Part shown: piece by piece, positions 18,074-27,783 of the stretch | Layout: each line of letters begins with the position of its first letter | Numbering within the stretch: the stretch's first letter is position 1 | Assembly (NCBI GenBank): GCA_030748735.1 | Contig: JASMLK010000080.1 | Coordinates: forward strand, 16,697-80,696 | Length of the DNA stretch: 64,000 bases | DNA from: Myxococcota bacterium | GTDB lineage: Bacteria; Myxococcota_A; UBA9160; UBA4427 | Reading direction: 5' to 3' | The notes under the pieces: model-generated | The model's database searches: none | Told to the model about the DNA's origin: nothing | Seen by the model: only the letters and a program-made list of their open reading frames with translations | Translations under genes and position numbers: made by a program

Positions 18074-18889
18074 CTACTTCGCGACGGGCTTCTTCTTCAC
18101 CTTTCGCAGCAGTCCTTCCTGCACGATGGTGGCCACGTGGGTGCCGTCTCTTTGAAAGACGAGCCCCGTCGCGAGCCCGCGACTTCCGATCATGCCGTGC
18201 CCCCGCATGTCGAGCAGCAGCCACTCGTCACTGCGCACCGGCCGCTGGAACCAGATCGAATGATCGAGGCTCGCCCCGATGGTGCTCCCCTCTTCGCGCG
18301 TGTCCCCGGGAAACGATTCATGGACGGCGCTCATCGCGTTCATGTCCGAAAGATAGGCGAGACCGCAGGCATGGAGGGCGGGATCGTCTCCGAGGGGCTC
18401 CGGATAGCGCCCCCAGCATGTCGAGCGCGGAGGATCGTCGGGCGTTTCGATGTCGCAGCGTTCGGCACCCGCGTCCCACTCCTGCTCGAGGTCCTCGGGT
18501 TTCGGAATGTCGCGAGGGAAAGTGGTCGACTGCGTGTTGGGGCCTTCCTCGTCGACCTGGAACGAACACTCGAGGGTGAGGATCGCGCCCGCGCTCTGGC
18601 GCGCGACCACGCGCCGCGTGGTAAACGAGCGCCCATTGCGCACCCGGTCGACTTCGTAGCGGACGGGTTCACGGAGATCGCCGCCGAGGATGAAGTACGC
18701 GTGCAACGAGTGGACACCGTAGTCGGGGTTCACCGTCTTCGTTGCGGCCAACAAGGCCTGGGCGACCACGAGGCCACCATAGATGCGCCCCCACGAATAG
18801 TCGGGGCTCTCCCCGACGTAGGTATCGGGGCCGTGGGGTTCGAGATCGAACACGCCACGCAAGTCGAGTTGCTGATTGTCGAAGGTCAT
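18074..18889 (-). CDS. tesB: Acyl-CoA thioesterase II
   Basis: Double hotdog fold. GRIYGGLVVAQAL, SLHAYFILGGD and RNGRSFTTRRV are TesB signatures. Confidence 0.9.
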   Translation of the reverse strand: MTFDNQQLDLRGVFDLEPHGPDTYVGESPDYSWGRIYGGLVVAQALLAATKTVNPDYGVHSLHAYFILGGDLREPVRYEVDRVRNGRSFTTRRVVARQSAGAILTLECSFQVDEEGPNTQSTTFPRDIPKPEDLEQEWDAGAERCDIETPDDPPRSTCWGRYPEPLGDDPALHACGLAYLSDMNAMSAVHESFPGDTREEGSTIGASLDHSIWFQRPVRSDEWLLLDMRGHGMIGSRGLATGLVFQRDGTHVATIVQEGLLRKVKKKPVAK

Positions 18890-18988
18890 GGGGGGCGGAG
18901 GCTAGCAGCTCGCCGAAGAAGCCTGACCGAACCAGAAGCGGTGGTTCGACCCGGGGTCAAGGCGTGGATCAGGGCTAGCTTCCCAACC

Positions 18989-20239
18989 ATGATGCGAAGT
19001 CGAAGCGGCCCCACGACAACCTGCCTCGTCGTCCTGATCGCGACTTCGCTCACCGCGTGCTTCGCAGGCCCTCGCGCCTCTGACCACCTGGCGGAACGAG
19101 ACGCGACCCCGTGTCGCAGCCCCCGCTTTCCATACCAGGACGGTTGGCTCGGCGCCGATTCCGCCTATTCGGTTTCGCTACCGGGCAAACGGACGCTCTG
19201 GTTGTTCGGGGACACCTTCGTGGGGTCGCCCGATCAACCGGATCGAAACGGGTCGTCACTCGTCCACAACTCGATCGGTATCTCGCGGTGCGACGCTGAT
19301 CGGCGATTCGAAGTGGCGTACTTCTGGAACCGAAGTTCCGGGGATGGTGCCTCGCGCGGTTTCATTCCCGGCGATGACAGCAAGCACTTCTACTGGCTGT
19401 TCGACGGCTTCGTCTTCGAGGGCGAGCTCTTCCTCGGTCTGCTCGAAGTGTCGGCCGCCGAGCCACGCGGCCCCCTCAACCTGCCCTTCCGCTTCAGCGG
19501 AATGAAACTCGCACGAATCGATCACCCCGAAGACGATCCGCGCACGTGGCAACCGGAACTTTCTCGCCTTACCGGGCGAAGCGATGCGTTCAGCGGCGCG
19601 ATGGTGATCCACGAAGACCACCTCTACCTCTTCGCCTTCATCGATCGTGACGCCGCACAGCACCCGCGTTTTCTCGCGCGCCTACCCGCCGCGGCCCTTC
19701 GCGACCCCGCGCCTTCGTTGGCGGACGACATCGAAACCCTGCAACGCGATGGATCCTGGCAGCCAGGCTTCGATCCCGACCGGGCGAAGATCCTGATGGA
19801 CGACAACGCAACCGAGATGAGCGTGCACTTCGACGCCGCCCGATCGAAGTGGGTCGCCTTGTACAGCCACCCCAACGCGAGCGGTGGCTTCCCGGCCGAC
19901 CCCTTCGCGGACGCGATCCTGTCACGCACTGCAGATCGCCTCGAAGGCCCCTGGTCGGCTCCTCGCGTCGTGCATCGCGTCGCAGAACTCGCGGTCGCGC
20001 GTGGTGCACGGCACGACCGCGCAACCATCTGCTACGGCGCCAAAGCGCACGTGCAATACGCTTCCGACCGCGGCGCCCCCGTCACCTACACGTGCAACCT
20101 CTACACGCCCGATGGAGCAGACCCCTACCGGGTCCTCGCGCGACTGCTCGGCCGCATGGACCTCTATCGGCCGCAATCCGTCACGCTGCCCCTCCGCTAC
20201 GAAAGCGAACGGCAGCCGGCGAATCGCCCGGCTCAGTAG
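18989..20239 (+). CDS. DUF4185-type lipoprotein (beta-propeller, glycoside-hydrolase-like)
   Basis: Lipobox SLTAC|F. RTLWLFGDTF..NSIGIS pattern is typical of DUF4185. The upstream part of the 700-aa ORF is antisense to tesB. Confidence 0.75.
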   Translation: MMRSRSGPTTTCLVVLIATSLTACFAGPRASDHLAERDATPCRSPRFPYQDGWLGADSAYSVSLPGKRTLWLFGDTFVGSPDQPDRNGSSLVHNSIGISRCDADRRFEVAYFWNRSSGDGASRGFIPGDDSKHFYWLFDGFVFEGELFLGLLEVSAAEPRGPLNLPFRFSGMKLARIDHPEDDPRTWQPELSRLTGRSDAFSGAMVIHEDHLYLFAFIDRDAAQHPRFLARLPAAALRDPAPSLADDIETLQRDGSWQPGFDPDRAKILMDDNATEMSVHFDAARSKWVALYSHPNASGGFPADPFADAILSRTADRLEGPWSAPRVVHRVAELAVARGARHDRATICYGAKAHVQYASDRGAPVTYTCNLYTPDGADPYRVLARLLGRMDLYRPQSVTLPLRYESERQPANRPAQ

Positions 20240-22674
20240 ACGCTCTGTTCCTCTTCGAGGCGTGCGATTTCATCGTTCGACAGGCCGAGGATCTCGCCAA
20301 GGACATAGTCATTGTGCTGGCCGAGTAACGGCGCCGGCTCGTCGATGCTGGCGCCTCGCAAGCGCCACGGCGGTCGCACGCTCCGCAGGGTTCCGAGGTG
20401 CGGGTGGGTGATGGGCACGTAGGCGCCCCGCGCTGCGAGGTGCGGATCGTCCGCCAGGCTCGCTCCCGACTGAACCAGGGCCGCGGCAACGCCGGCCTTC
20501 TGTAGTTCGTCGACCACCGCTTCTGCTGTCCTGTCCTGCGTCCAGGCTTCGAGGCGGCCATCGAGCGCGTGTTCGTTTTCCTTACGCGCAGCCGCCGTCG
20601 CGAAGTCGTCACCCTCGAGTGCCGCGTCACCCACGACACCACAAAGAGCCCGCCACTGCGCGTCGTTCGCCACGGCGATCGTCACCCAACTCGCGACGTC
20701 GCCGTCCGAAACACATCGATAACAACCATGGGGTGCCATGAACTCGTCGCGGTTGCCCATGCGCTCGGGCACGACGCCACTGAGCTGATAGTCGAGAAAG
20801 GTGTGCCCCATCATGGCGCTCATCGTTTCGGTGCTCGAAAGATCGATGTCCTGCCCTTCACCGGTTCGCTTGCGGTGATGAAGTGCAGCGAGCACGGCGA
20901 ACGCCGACATCGTGCCAACGCGCAGATCCACCGAACCGCTCAATGCGATCGGGGGCTCGTCCGCATGGCCCGAAATGCTCGTGATCCCCGAAAGGCACGC
21001 AAAGGTCGGCGCGTAGCCTGCGTAGCGTCCCTCAGGTCCGGTCGCGCCCACCGCGGACGAAGAGAGCATGATGATGTCAGGGCGGACCTCACTCAAGTCG
21101 TCGTAGCCGAGACCGAGCTTGTCGAGCACACCCGGTCGCATGTTCTGCAAGACGACGTCCGACCTGGAGACGAGTTGCTTGACGATCTCGCGTCCCCCTT
21201 CGCTTCGCAGGTTCAAGGTCACGGAACGCTTGCCGAGGTTCAGGTCGTTGAAGACCGGCGACTCGTCGATCCCTCCCTGCATCGACCCCGCGGTCAACGA
21301 GTGCACCCGTGCATGGTCGAGACGCGCGCGACTTTCGACCTTGATCACTTCTGCACCCAACATGCCGAGCAGGAGTGCGCCCTGCGGCCCGGCCCAGGCC
21401 CAGGTGAAGTCGACGATGCGAATGCCTTCGAGGGGGCGGCGCGCACCGAGGGGTGCCGCGCTACCGGACGCCGCAGCCGCCGGGCGTGGTGACCGACTGG
21501 CCTTGCGCGCTTCTTCGAGGACTTCCTCGGTGTGCTCGCCCAACATGGGCGCGCGCCGACCGACCCAGGGCGTCTTCGAAAACTTGAACGCCGCAGTCGG
21601 CACCTGCAGTGTTCCCGCGCGAGGGTGGTCGATGTCGGCAAAGAAGCCGCGCGCTCGCGGTTGTCGCCATTCGAGTACTTCGGCGACGCTGCGTACCGGC
21701 GCCGCCGGCGTGCCTTCCGCCTGGGCAGCGTGGTAGATCTCTTCGCGCATCAGCGTTTCGCCCCAGGCGTTCTTGCGCTTTTCGACTTCGTCGAAGCGCT
21801 CCATGCGCCCTTGCGGTGTGGCGCACCAATCGGCCTGGGCCCATTCGGGGTTCCCCATCGCGCGCACGAGGCCTTCCCACTGGTGCTTCTCGAGGGTCGT
21901 GAGCATGACCCAGCCGTCCTTCGCCTTGCTCAGACCGCCGGGTCCGCGGCTGGCACCGAAGGGATCGTCTTCGTTCGCGAAGCGCCCGATCGTGACACGT
22001 TCGAGACACATCATCGCTTCCTGCTTCGAGCAATCGACGTGCTCACCGCGACCCGTTTCGAGGCGACCGTAGACCGCACCAAGCGTGCCCAGCGCCGCGG
22101 TCAAGCCCGCGTCGTACTCACCGAGGTAGCCACCGGCCCGTGCGGCTGCACGATCGCCAGCCCCCATCAAGGTGAAGGGCGACGCGTGCCCACCCGCATG
22201 AAAGAGATTCAGGTGTTCGCTCACGTGCTGTGCGTTCGGCCCTGTTTGTCCGAACGGCGTGATCGACGTGAGGATCAAGCCGGGGTTGCGCGTGGCGAGC
22301 ACTTCGTAGCCGAGTCCGAGACGGCCGAGCTCGCCGGGGTTGCGGTCCTCGATCACGACGTCCGCAAGGCTGGCGAGGGCCGCGAACGCTTCGCGCCCTT
22401 CCTCGGCCACCAGGTCGATGCACGCCGAGCGCTTGCTGGTGTTGAGATAGAGGAAGCTACCGCTGCGCTCCGGGTCGAGTTCACCATCGATCACCGGACC
22501 GCGAAAGCGCGTGGGGTCTCCGCCGTTCGGATCTTCGAGTTTGATGACGTCTGCGCCGAGGTCGGCGAGCAACTTGGCGCAGTAGGGGGCTGCGACACCG
22601 GCGCCCAGCTCGAGGACGCGCAGCCCGGCGAGCGGGCCCGTGCCCGCCGCGGAAGAGGGTTCTTTCGTTTCCAT
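20233..22674 (-). CDS. Tandem (two-domain) family III CoA-transferase (CaiB/BaiF type)
   Basis: There are two copies of the N-terminal signature: LAGLRVLELGAGVAAPYCAKLLADLGADVIKLE and LEGIRIVDFTWAWAGPQGALLLGMLGAEVIKVE. 813 aa is about twice the usual ~400 aa. Confidence 0.85.
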   Translation of the reverse strand: METKEPSSAAGTGPLAGLRVLELGAGVAAPYCAKLLADLGADVIKLEDPNGGDPTRFRGPVIDGELDPERSGSFLYLNTSKRSACIDLVAEEGREAFAALASLADVVIEDRNPGELGRLGLGYEVLATRNPGLILTSITPFGQTGPNAQHVSEHLNLFHAGGHASPFTLMGAGDRAAARAGGYLGEYDAGLTAALGTLGAVYGRLETGRGEHVDCSKQEAMMCLERVTIGRFANEDDPFGASRGPGGLSKAKDGWVMLTTLEKHQWEGLVRAMGNPEWAQADWCATPQGRMERFDEVEKRKNAWGETLMREEIYHAAQAEGTPAAPVRSVAEVLEWRQPRARGFFADIDHPRAGTLQVPTAAFKFSKTPWVGRRAPMLGEHTEEVLEEARKASRSPRPAAAASGSAAPLGARRPLEGIRIVDFTWAWAGPQGALLLGMLGAEVIKVESRARLDHARVHSLTAGSMQGGIDESPVFNDLNLGKRSVTLNLRSEGGREIVKQLVSRSDVVLQNMRPGVLDKLGLGYDDLSEVRPDIIMLSSSAVGATGPEGRYAGYAPTFACLSGITSISGHADEPPIALSGSVDLRVGTMSAFAVLAALHHRKRTGEGQDIDLSSTETMSAMMGHTFLDYQLSGVVPERMGNRDEFMAPHGCYRCVSDGDVASWVTIAVANDAQWRALCGVVGDAALEGDDFATAAARKENEHALDGRLEAWTQDRTAEAVVDELQKAGVAAALVQSGASLADDPHLAARGAYVPITHPHLGTLRSVRPPWRLRGASIDEPAPLLGQHNDYVLGEILGLSNDEIARLEEEQSVY

Positions 22675-22733
22675 CGCCCCAGGATCGCGCAGCTCCCTCC
22701 GGGCGTCGATCGTATGCGAGCGGGAATCGCTGG

Positions 22734-23807
22734 CTAGGCAGACTGGAGACGAGCGACGGCGGCGGCCACGGCGCTGTCTTCGGCGGGATCGTCGGGAAGC
22801 GAGAGGTAGATCCCGCGCGCAACATCACCGAACTCTTCGAGCAGGACATCAGCAATTTCTTCGTGGTGCCCGCTGGGCACGAAGACGTCGAGCATCTCGT
22901 CGCTCAGCTGCTTTGGCATGTCGTCCCAGCGCCCTTCGCGCACCAGGGCGTTCAAGCGCTCGCCGACGTCGTGCCAGCCGAACAGGTCGAGGCTCGGCCA
23001 GTAGTTCGGCGTCGAAAAGATGTTGGCAAGCGTGCGGCGATGGGCTTCGCGCTGCGCCGCGATCGCTTCGCGGCTGGAGCCGATCGCCGAAAGCGGGTTG
23101 GCGATCACCTCCAGGCTTTCGATTGCACGACCTACCCGGGCGGCTCCCCTTCGCGCGTTTTCGAGCATGATCTCGCGGATGTAACGCCCCGAAGAGTTGG
23201 TCGGGTGCGGCACGACGGCGTCGGCAAGCTCACCAGCCAGCGCCGTCATGTGCGGACCGATGGCGGCGAGGTGGATGGGAATGTCGGGGTGCTCGAGACG
23301 CCCCGGCTTCGAATATTCCTGCTGCAACGTCAGGCGATAGTGCTCTCCGCGGTAATCGAGAGGCGCATCGTTCTGCCAACAGTCGAAGATGGCCCGCAAG
23401 CCCTGCACGTACTCGCGCATTCGCGGCGCTGGGGGCGACCACGGCGTGCTGTACTTGCCCACGATGATGGGCGCGATCAACGGCCCGAGCCCGAGGCGAA
23501 AGCGACCGTTCGAAAGCGCCTGGAGATCCCAGGCCGCAACCGCCGTGGTCATCGGACTGCGCGGAAAGCAGGCGAGTGCGCTGGTTGCGATTTCGATGCG
23601 CTCGGTCGCCTGCGCGGCGAGGGCCGCGCCGATCAAGCCGTCGTGCACCGAGTCGACGACCGCAAAGCAGTCCATTCCCATCGCTTCTGCGCGCACGGCT
23701 TCGCGGGCGATCTGCGCCGGCCCCGAAAAGAAGCCCGATGATGTCCAGACCTGAAACACGTCGGCTCGATCTACGCGGTCACGAACGTTGGACGGCGATC
23801 GAACCAC
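22734..23807 (-). CDS. LLM-class (luciferase-like) flavin/F420-dependent oxidoreductase
   Basis: TIM-barrel LLM pattern (IEIATSALACFPRSP.., GRFRLGLG). The start is uncertain, because 23807 overlaps the amidase 3' end by 37 nt. Confidence 0.8.
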   Translation of the reverse strand: MVRSPSNVRDRVDRADVFQVWTSSGFFSGPAQIAREAVRAEAMGMDCFAVVDSVHDGLIGAALAAQATERIEIATSALACFPRSPMTTAVAAWDLQALSNGRFRLGLGPLIAPIIVGKYSTPWSPPAPRMREYVQGLRAIFDCWQNDAPLDYRGEHYRLTLQQEYSKPGRLEHPDIPIHLAAIGPHMTALAGELADAVVPHPTNSSGRYIREIMLENARRGAARVGRAIESLEVIANPLSAIGSSREAIAAQREAHRRTLANIFSTPNYWPSLDLFGWHDVGERLNALVREGRWDDMPKQLSDEMLDVFVPSGHHEEIADVLLEEFGDVARGIYLSLPDDPAEDSAVAAAVARLQSA

Positions 23808-25210
23808 GGTCGCGCCGTTTCGAGTTGTGACGAGAGGCGGAAGAGTGTCGACTCGTCACCGAACCGGCCGATGAGCTGGGTCCCGATCGGAAGCCCCGCA
23901 TCGCTCCAATAGAGCGGAACGGAAGTCGCGGGATGCCCCGACGCGTTGAGGAGCTGCGTGAACCCCACGGCGGTGGCGATGTCGCGACCGTAGGCGCCAA
24001 GGTCCGCATTCGACAGCGACAGGCGCCCCAACGGAAGGGGCGGCGACGTCATGGTCGTCGTCAGGATCACGTCGAAGCGTTCGAACTGCGCGTCGACCAT
24101 GCGGGTGGCCTTGTGGATGCGACGGACACCCCGCGCGTAGTCTTCGGCCGAGCGCTTCACCACCGATTCGTAGATCAGGCGTGTCGTGGGTTCGAGGTCG
24201 TCGTCGCGCAGCTCGCGCCCGAGTTCTGCAAGCCGGTCGTCGATGTTCGCGCGAACGTTCGCGGCCATGAGCACGCTGGTGGCCTGGCCGAGCGTCTCGT
24301 AGTCGACGTCGAAGTCGCCCTCTTCCACGTCATGACCGAGTTCGCGGACCAACTGCACCGCGTCTTCGATGGCATCCGCGCAGTCGGGGTGGAGCGGCGC
24401 ACCGTTCCACGGCGTGCGCACGACTCCGATACGCAACCGCCCCGGATCCGCACCGATCTCTTCCAGATAGGGCCGCGTGGGTTCGGGCGAGCGGTAGGGC
24501 ATCCCGGGCTCGGGACCATGGGTCACGTCGAGCAGCACTGCACTGTCGCGCACCGAACGCGTCACCGCGTGTCCGCAACTCATGCCACTCCAGCCTTCAC
24601 CCTGGTCGGGACCGAAAGGCGTGCGACCGCGCGTCGGCTTCAAGCCGAAGAGTCCGCAACACGAAGCCGGGATGCGGATCGACCCGCCGCCGTCGGTCGC
24701 ATGGGCGGCGGGCAGGATCCCCGCGCAGACCGCGGCACTCGCACCCCCCGAAGAACCGCCCGGCGTGTGATCGAGCGCCCAGGGGTTGTGGGTGTCGCCG
24801 TGAAGCGCCGATTCGGTCGTAGCAGTGAGACCGAACTCGGGTGAAGCCGTTCGACCGAAGATCACGAGCCCCGCTTGCTTGTAGCGGCGAACGAATTCGC
24901 TGTCGTGGTCGGGCACCAGATCAGCATAGAGCCGACTGCCGTTCGTGATCGGCACCCCCTCGAGCAGCATGTAGAGATCCTTCAGCAGGTAGGGCACGCC
25001 GCGAAGCGGACCTTCGGGCAGACCTGCTTCGATCGCCGCACGCGCTTCCTTTTCGAGGTCGATCACCACCGCGTTCAGCGTCGGATTGCGTTCGGCGCAG
25101 CGCGCGACGGCGGCGTCGAGGAGTTCGTCGGGCGTGACCTCACCCTCACGCACGAGGCCGGCGAGGCCAACGGCGTCGTACTGTTCATATTCGGGAAACG
25201 GCAGGGACAT
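23771..25210 (-). CDS. Amidase (amidase-signature family)
   Basis: [11 protein letters not shown] is the amidase-signature motif, with a Ser-cisSer-Lys context. Start set at [17 protein letters not shown] (ATG 25210). Confidence 0.85.
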   Translation of the reverse strand: MSLPFPEYEQYDAVGLAGLVREGEVTPDELLDAAVARCAERNPTLNAVVIDLEKEARAAIEAGLPEGPLRGVPYLLKDLYMLLEGVPITNGSRLYADLVPDHDSEFVRRYKQAGLVIFGRTASPEFGLTATTESALHGDTHNPWALDHTPGGSSGGASAAVCAGILPAAHATDGGGSIRIPASCCGLFGLKPTRGRTPFGPDQGEGWSGMSCGHAVTRSVRDSAVLLDVTHGPEPGMPYRSPEPTRPYLEEIGADPGRLRIGVVRTPWNGAPLHPDCADAIEDAVQLVRELGHDVEEGDFDVDYETLGQATSVLMAANVRANIDDRLAELGRELRDDDLEPTTRLIYESVVKRSAEDYARGVRRIHKATRMVDAQFERFDVILTTTMTSPPLPLGRLSLSNADLGAYGRDIATAVGFTQLLNASGHPATSVPLYWSDAGLPIGTQLIGRFGDESTLFRLSSQLETARPWFDRRPTFVTA

Positions 25211-25376
25211 GCTTCGTCCTTTGCTTGCATGCGAAGCTCGCGTGATCGCCCGCAACGCGCCGCCAACCCGGTCGTCCACCGACGCGCTGACGGAAGATGG
25301 AGCAGCCGTCGATTCGCGTCTAGGCTGTGGTGATCCGTAGAACGAATCCTGCCGACCACGGTGGTGGCACTTCGGG

Positions 25377-25442
25377 TCAGATGCGCTCTGCGAAGAACTC
25401 ACCATCCCAGTCGATCACGATCAATCGGTTGAGCTTGCCCAT
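25377..25442 (-). CDS. Possible 21-aa small ORF/leader peptide MGKLNRLIVIDWDGEFFAERI
   Basis: Canonical AAGGAGAA lies 3 nt before the ATG, in a locally AT-richer stretch upstream of the amidase. No homology recognised. Confidence 0.25.
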   Translation of the reverse strand: MGKLNRLIVIDWDGEFFAERI

Positions 25443-25603
25443 TCTTCTCCTTGCCTTTGTTGGAGTTGAGCCGTTTCGCCGGGTCGTTCATGTCGGCTGG
25501 CGCCGCGCTGGGGGCTTGAATTGCTTCCCCCGCCTTTGATTGGGAAAGCGACCGGGCGGCGGAGGCGGGGCAGCGCAAAGAGCAGAGCCCGGCCAGGCAG
25601 GCG

Positions 25604-25637
25604 GAAACGGCCCTGAGGGCGAACTCAGGGCCGTTTC
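25604..25637. other. Perfect 14-bp-stem hairpin in a divergent intergenic region
   Basis: GAAACGGCCCTGAG-GGCGAA-CTCAGGGCCGTTTC. No U-tract on either strand, so not a classical terminator. Confidence 0.5.
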
Positions 25638-25650
25638 AGTCGGCGGGGCG

Positions 25651-25666
25651 TGTGAAGCGCTTCACA
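25651..25666. promoter_or_regulatory. Perfect CRP/FNR-type palindrome TGTGA-N6-TCACA
   Basis: TGTGAAGCGCTTCACA, extending to gTGTGAAGCGCTTCACAc. It lies ~100 nt upstream of the DDN-like gene start (25763). Confidence 0.4.
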
Positions 25667-25762
25667 CAGGTGAGGTCTCGACCGAAGCCGCAGGCCGTTG
25701 TGCGCTTCACCGTGAAATGGACCGGGAGACCCGCCCACCGAATCCCATATCCTGTTCCCATC

Positions 25763-26236
25763 GTGAATGAACGCTTCGTCCTCTGGGCTTCGACCAACGC
25801 CTTTACGACCTGGGTGATCCGCCACGTCGCCACCCGCCTCGACCCGTGGCTATTCAAAGCGAGCAACGGACGCTTCACGTCGATGGGAAAGCCTTCGATG
25901 CCGATGGTCACCCTGATGACAGCGGGTGCGAAGACGGGCAAGCCGCGCCCCGTGCATCTCGCCTGCATCGAACACGAGGGGCAGCGCCTCGTGGTCGCGA
26001 GTGCGATGGGGCAACAGCGACATCCCGCCTGGCGATACAACCTCGAGGCGCATCCAGAAATCGGGGTGCAGGCCCCGGGTGAGCGTTACCGCGCGCGAGC
26101 CGAACTTCTCGACGATCGCGAAAAGGACGCCGTCTGGCCTCTCATCAAAGAGACGATCCCCCAGATGGTGGTCTACGAGCAGCGCACCGATCGCAACATT
26201 GGCGTCTTTCGACTCGTCCCACTCACAGACTCATGA
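25763..26236 (+). CDS. Nitroreductase-family deazaflavin-dependent oxidoreductase (DDN/DUF385-like)
   Basis: MVTLMTAGAKTGKPRPVHLACIEHEGQRLVVASAMGQQRHPAWRYNLEAHPEIGVQ matches the DDN core (..G.ksG..R...l......g...vvaS..G....P.W..NL.a.P). GTG start at 25763 is preferred. Confidence 0.75.
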   Translation: MNERFVLWASTNAFTTWVIRHVATRLDPWLFKASNGRFTSMGKPSMPMVTLMTAGAKTGKPRPVHLACIEHEGQRLVVASAMGQQRHPAWRYNLEAHPEIGVQAPGERYRARAELLDDREKDAVWPLIKETIPQMVVYEQRTDRNIGVFRLVPLTDS

Positions 26237-26336
26237 TCCGCACCTCGTACGCGAGCACCTCGTCGTCTTGACGTGGGGGCGTCGTGTCGCAGCATCAGGG
26301 CTTCGCTTTCCAACGAAACCGCAATGGGGGAACAAC

Positions 26337-27260
26337 GTGCGCATTGGCATCCTGTTCGGCGGATCGCGGAGCGAGATCGTCCTCGACGAACTCGTGCGCG
26401 ATACGCGGGACGTCGAACAGCGCGGCTTTTCGACGGTCTGGGTACCAAACGTCTTCGGCCACGACGCCATCACCAGCGCGGCGATCCTCGGTCGAGAAAC
26501 CCGAGAGATCGAGATCGGCACTGCGGTCGTTCCCACGCAACCGCGCCATCCCGTCGCGATGGCCCAGCAGGCGCTCACCGCCGGCGCCGCTTGCGACGGA
26601 CGCTTCACCCTGGGCATCGGGCTTTCGCATCCCGCCGTGATCGAATTCATGTTCGGTCTTTCCTACGCGCGCAAGGCGAAGCACATGCGTGAGTACCTCG
26701 CGGTGCTCGGGCCGCTGCTGCGGGGTGAAGCAGTCGACTTCGAAGGCGAGGAATTCCGCGTGCGCTGTGCCCTCGGTGTTCCGGGTGCAGGCCAGGTGCC
26801 CCTCGTCATCGCCGCACTCGGCAGCCAGATGCTCGGGCTCGCGGGCCACGAGACCGACGGCACGATTCTGTGGATGGCCGGTGTTCGAACGATCGAATCC
26901 CACATCGTGCCGCGCGTGCGCGCTGCGGCACGCGAGGCCGGGCGGCCCGCACCGCGCGTGATCGCCGGCATGCACATCTGCCTCACCTCGAAACCCGACG
27001 AGGTAAAGGCACGCCTCGCAAAGGCGCTTTCGATGTACGGGCAGATGCCGAGCTACCGCGCGATGCTCGACATCGAGGGCACCGAGCAGCCCGAGAACCT
27101 CGCGCTCATCGGAGACGAAGCTGCACTCGACGAAGCCATGGCGCGCCTGCGTGACATTGGCGTCACGGACTTCGAAGCGTCGATCTTCGCGCGCGACGCA
27201 GAAGACGAAGCGCGCACACTCGACTACCTCGAGGGCGTGGCGAAACGCGCGGCTGCTTGA
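26337..27260 (+). CDS. LLM-class F420-dependent oxidoreductase
   Basis: VRIGILFGG..GFSTVWVPNVFGHDA..GRFTLGIGLSH.. GTG at 26337 follows GGGGGA. The upstream part of ORF 25926..27260 overlaps the DDN gene. Confidence 0.85.
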   Translation: MRIGILFGGSRSEIVLDELVRDTRDVEQRGFSTVWVPNVFGHDAITSAAILGRETREIEIGTAVVPTQPRHPVAMAQQALTAGAACDGRFTLGIGLSHPAVIEFMFGLSYARKAKHMREYLAVLGPLLRGEAVDFEGEEFRVRCALGVPGAGQVPLVIAALGSQMLGLAGHETDGTILWMAGVRTIESHIVPRVRAAAREAGRPAPRVIAGMHICLTSKPDEVKARLAKALSMYGQMPSYRAMLDIEGTEQPENLALIGDEAALDEAMARLRDIGVTDFEASIFARDAEDEARTLDYLEGVAKRAAA

Positions 27261-27279
27261 GCGCACGGCGTGTGGACGA

Positions 27280-27756
27280 TCAGCTCGGACGCTTCAGCAT
27301 CAAGGCGTCGCGCACCGCTCGGCACACCAACTCGCCATTCTGGTTGAAGCCGCGATGCTCGAAGGTCACGATGCCCTGCGTCGGCCGCGACTTCGATTCG
27401 CGCGCCGCCACGACTTCGCTTTCGACCCGGAGTGTGTCGCCGTGGAACATCGGCCTGGGGAAGGTGACTTCCTTGAAGCCGAGGTTCGCCACCGTGGTAC
27501 CGAGGGTCGTCTCGTGCACACTGATGCCGATCACGACTGCCACGGTCAGCATCGAATTCACCAGCGGCTTGCCGAATTCGGTTTCGCGTTCGGCGTAGTC
27601 GAAGTCGAGATGTAGCCACGCCGGGTTCATCGTCATCGAGCTGAACATCACGTTGTCGCTTTCGGTCAGCGTGCGGCGAATGGCATGCTGAACGACACGA
27701 CCGGACTCGAGTTCCTCGAACCAGAGCCCGGTGACCGGGCGCGGGGCTTCACTCAT
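27280..27756 (-). CDS. MaoC-like (R)-specific enoyl-CoA hydratase/dehydratase
   Basis: 158-aa hotdog fold. ..[18 protein letters not shown].. and [11 protein letters not shown] are typical MaoC dehydratase motifs. Confidence 0.85.
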   Translation of the reverse strand: MSEAPRPVTGLWFEELESGRVVQHAIRRTLTESDNVMFSSMTMNPAWLHLDFDYAERETEFGKPLVNSMLTVAVVIGISVHETTLGTTVANLGFKEVTFPRPMFHGDTLRVESEVVAARESKSRPTQGIVTFEHRGFNQNGELVCRAVRDALMLKRPS

Positions 27757-27783
27757 GGGTGGTGCTCCTCGTTGGCTCTCGAT

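Noticed and set aside
16695-18224. Full 509-aa version of the sulfotransferase ORF.
   Set aside because: The first 94 codons are Arg/Ala-rich, overlap the tesB-like gene's 3' end, and precede a good Met (MSEHTSRL). I trimmed the gene to 17942.
18137-18988. 5' two-fifths of the 700-aa ORF 18137..20239.
   Set aside because: It is antisense to the tesB-like gene. The DUF4185 lipoprotein begins at ATG 18989 with its own signal peptide.
25651-25666. Whether the TGTGAA/TTCACA half-sites here and at 34937-34976 belong to one regulon.
   Set aside because: The arrangement differs. Here it is TGTGA-N6-TCACA (convergent half-sites, CRP-like). At the MarR gene it is TTCACA-N1-TGTGAA (opposite orientation, 1-nt spacer). 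They are probably unrelated.
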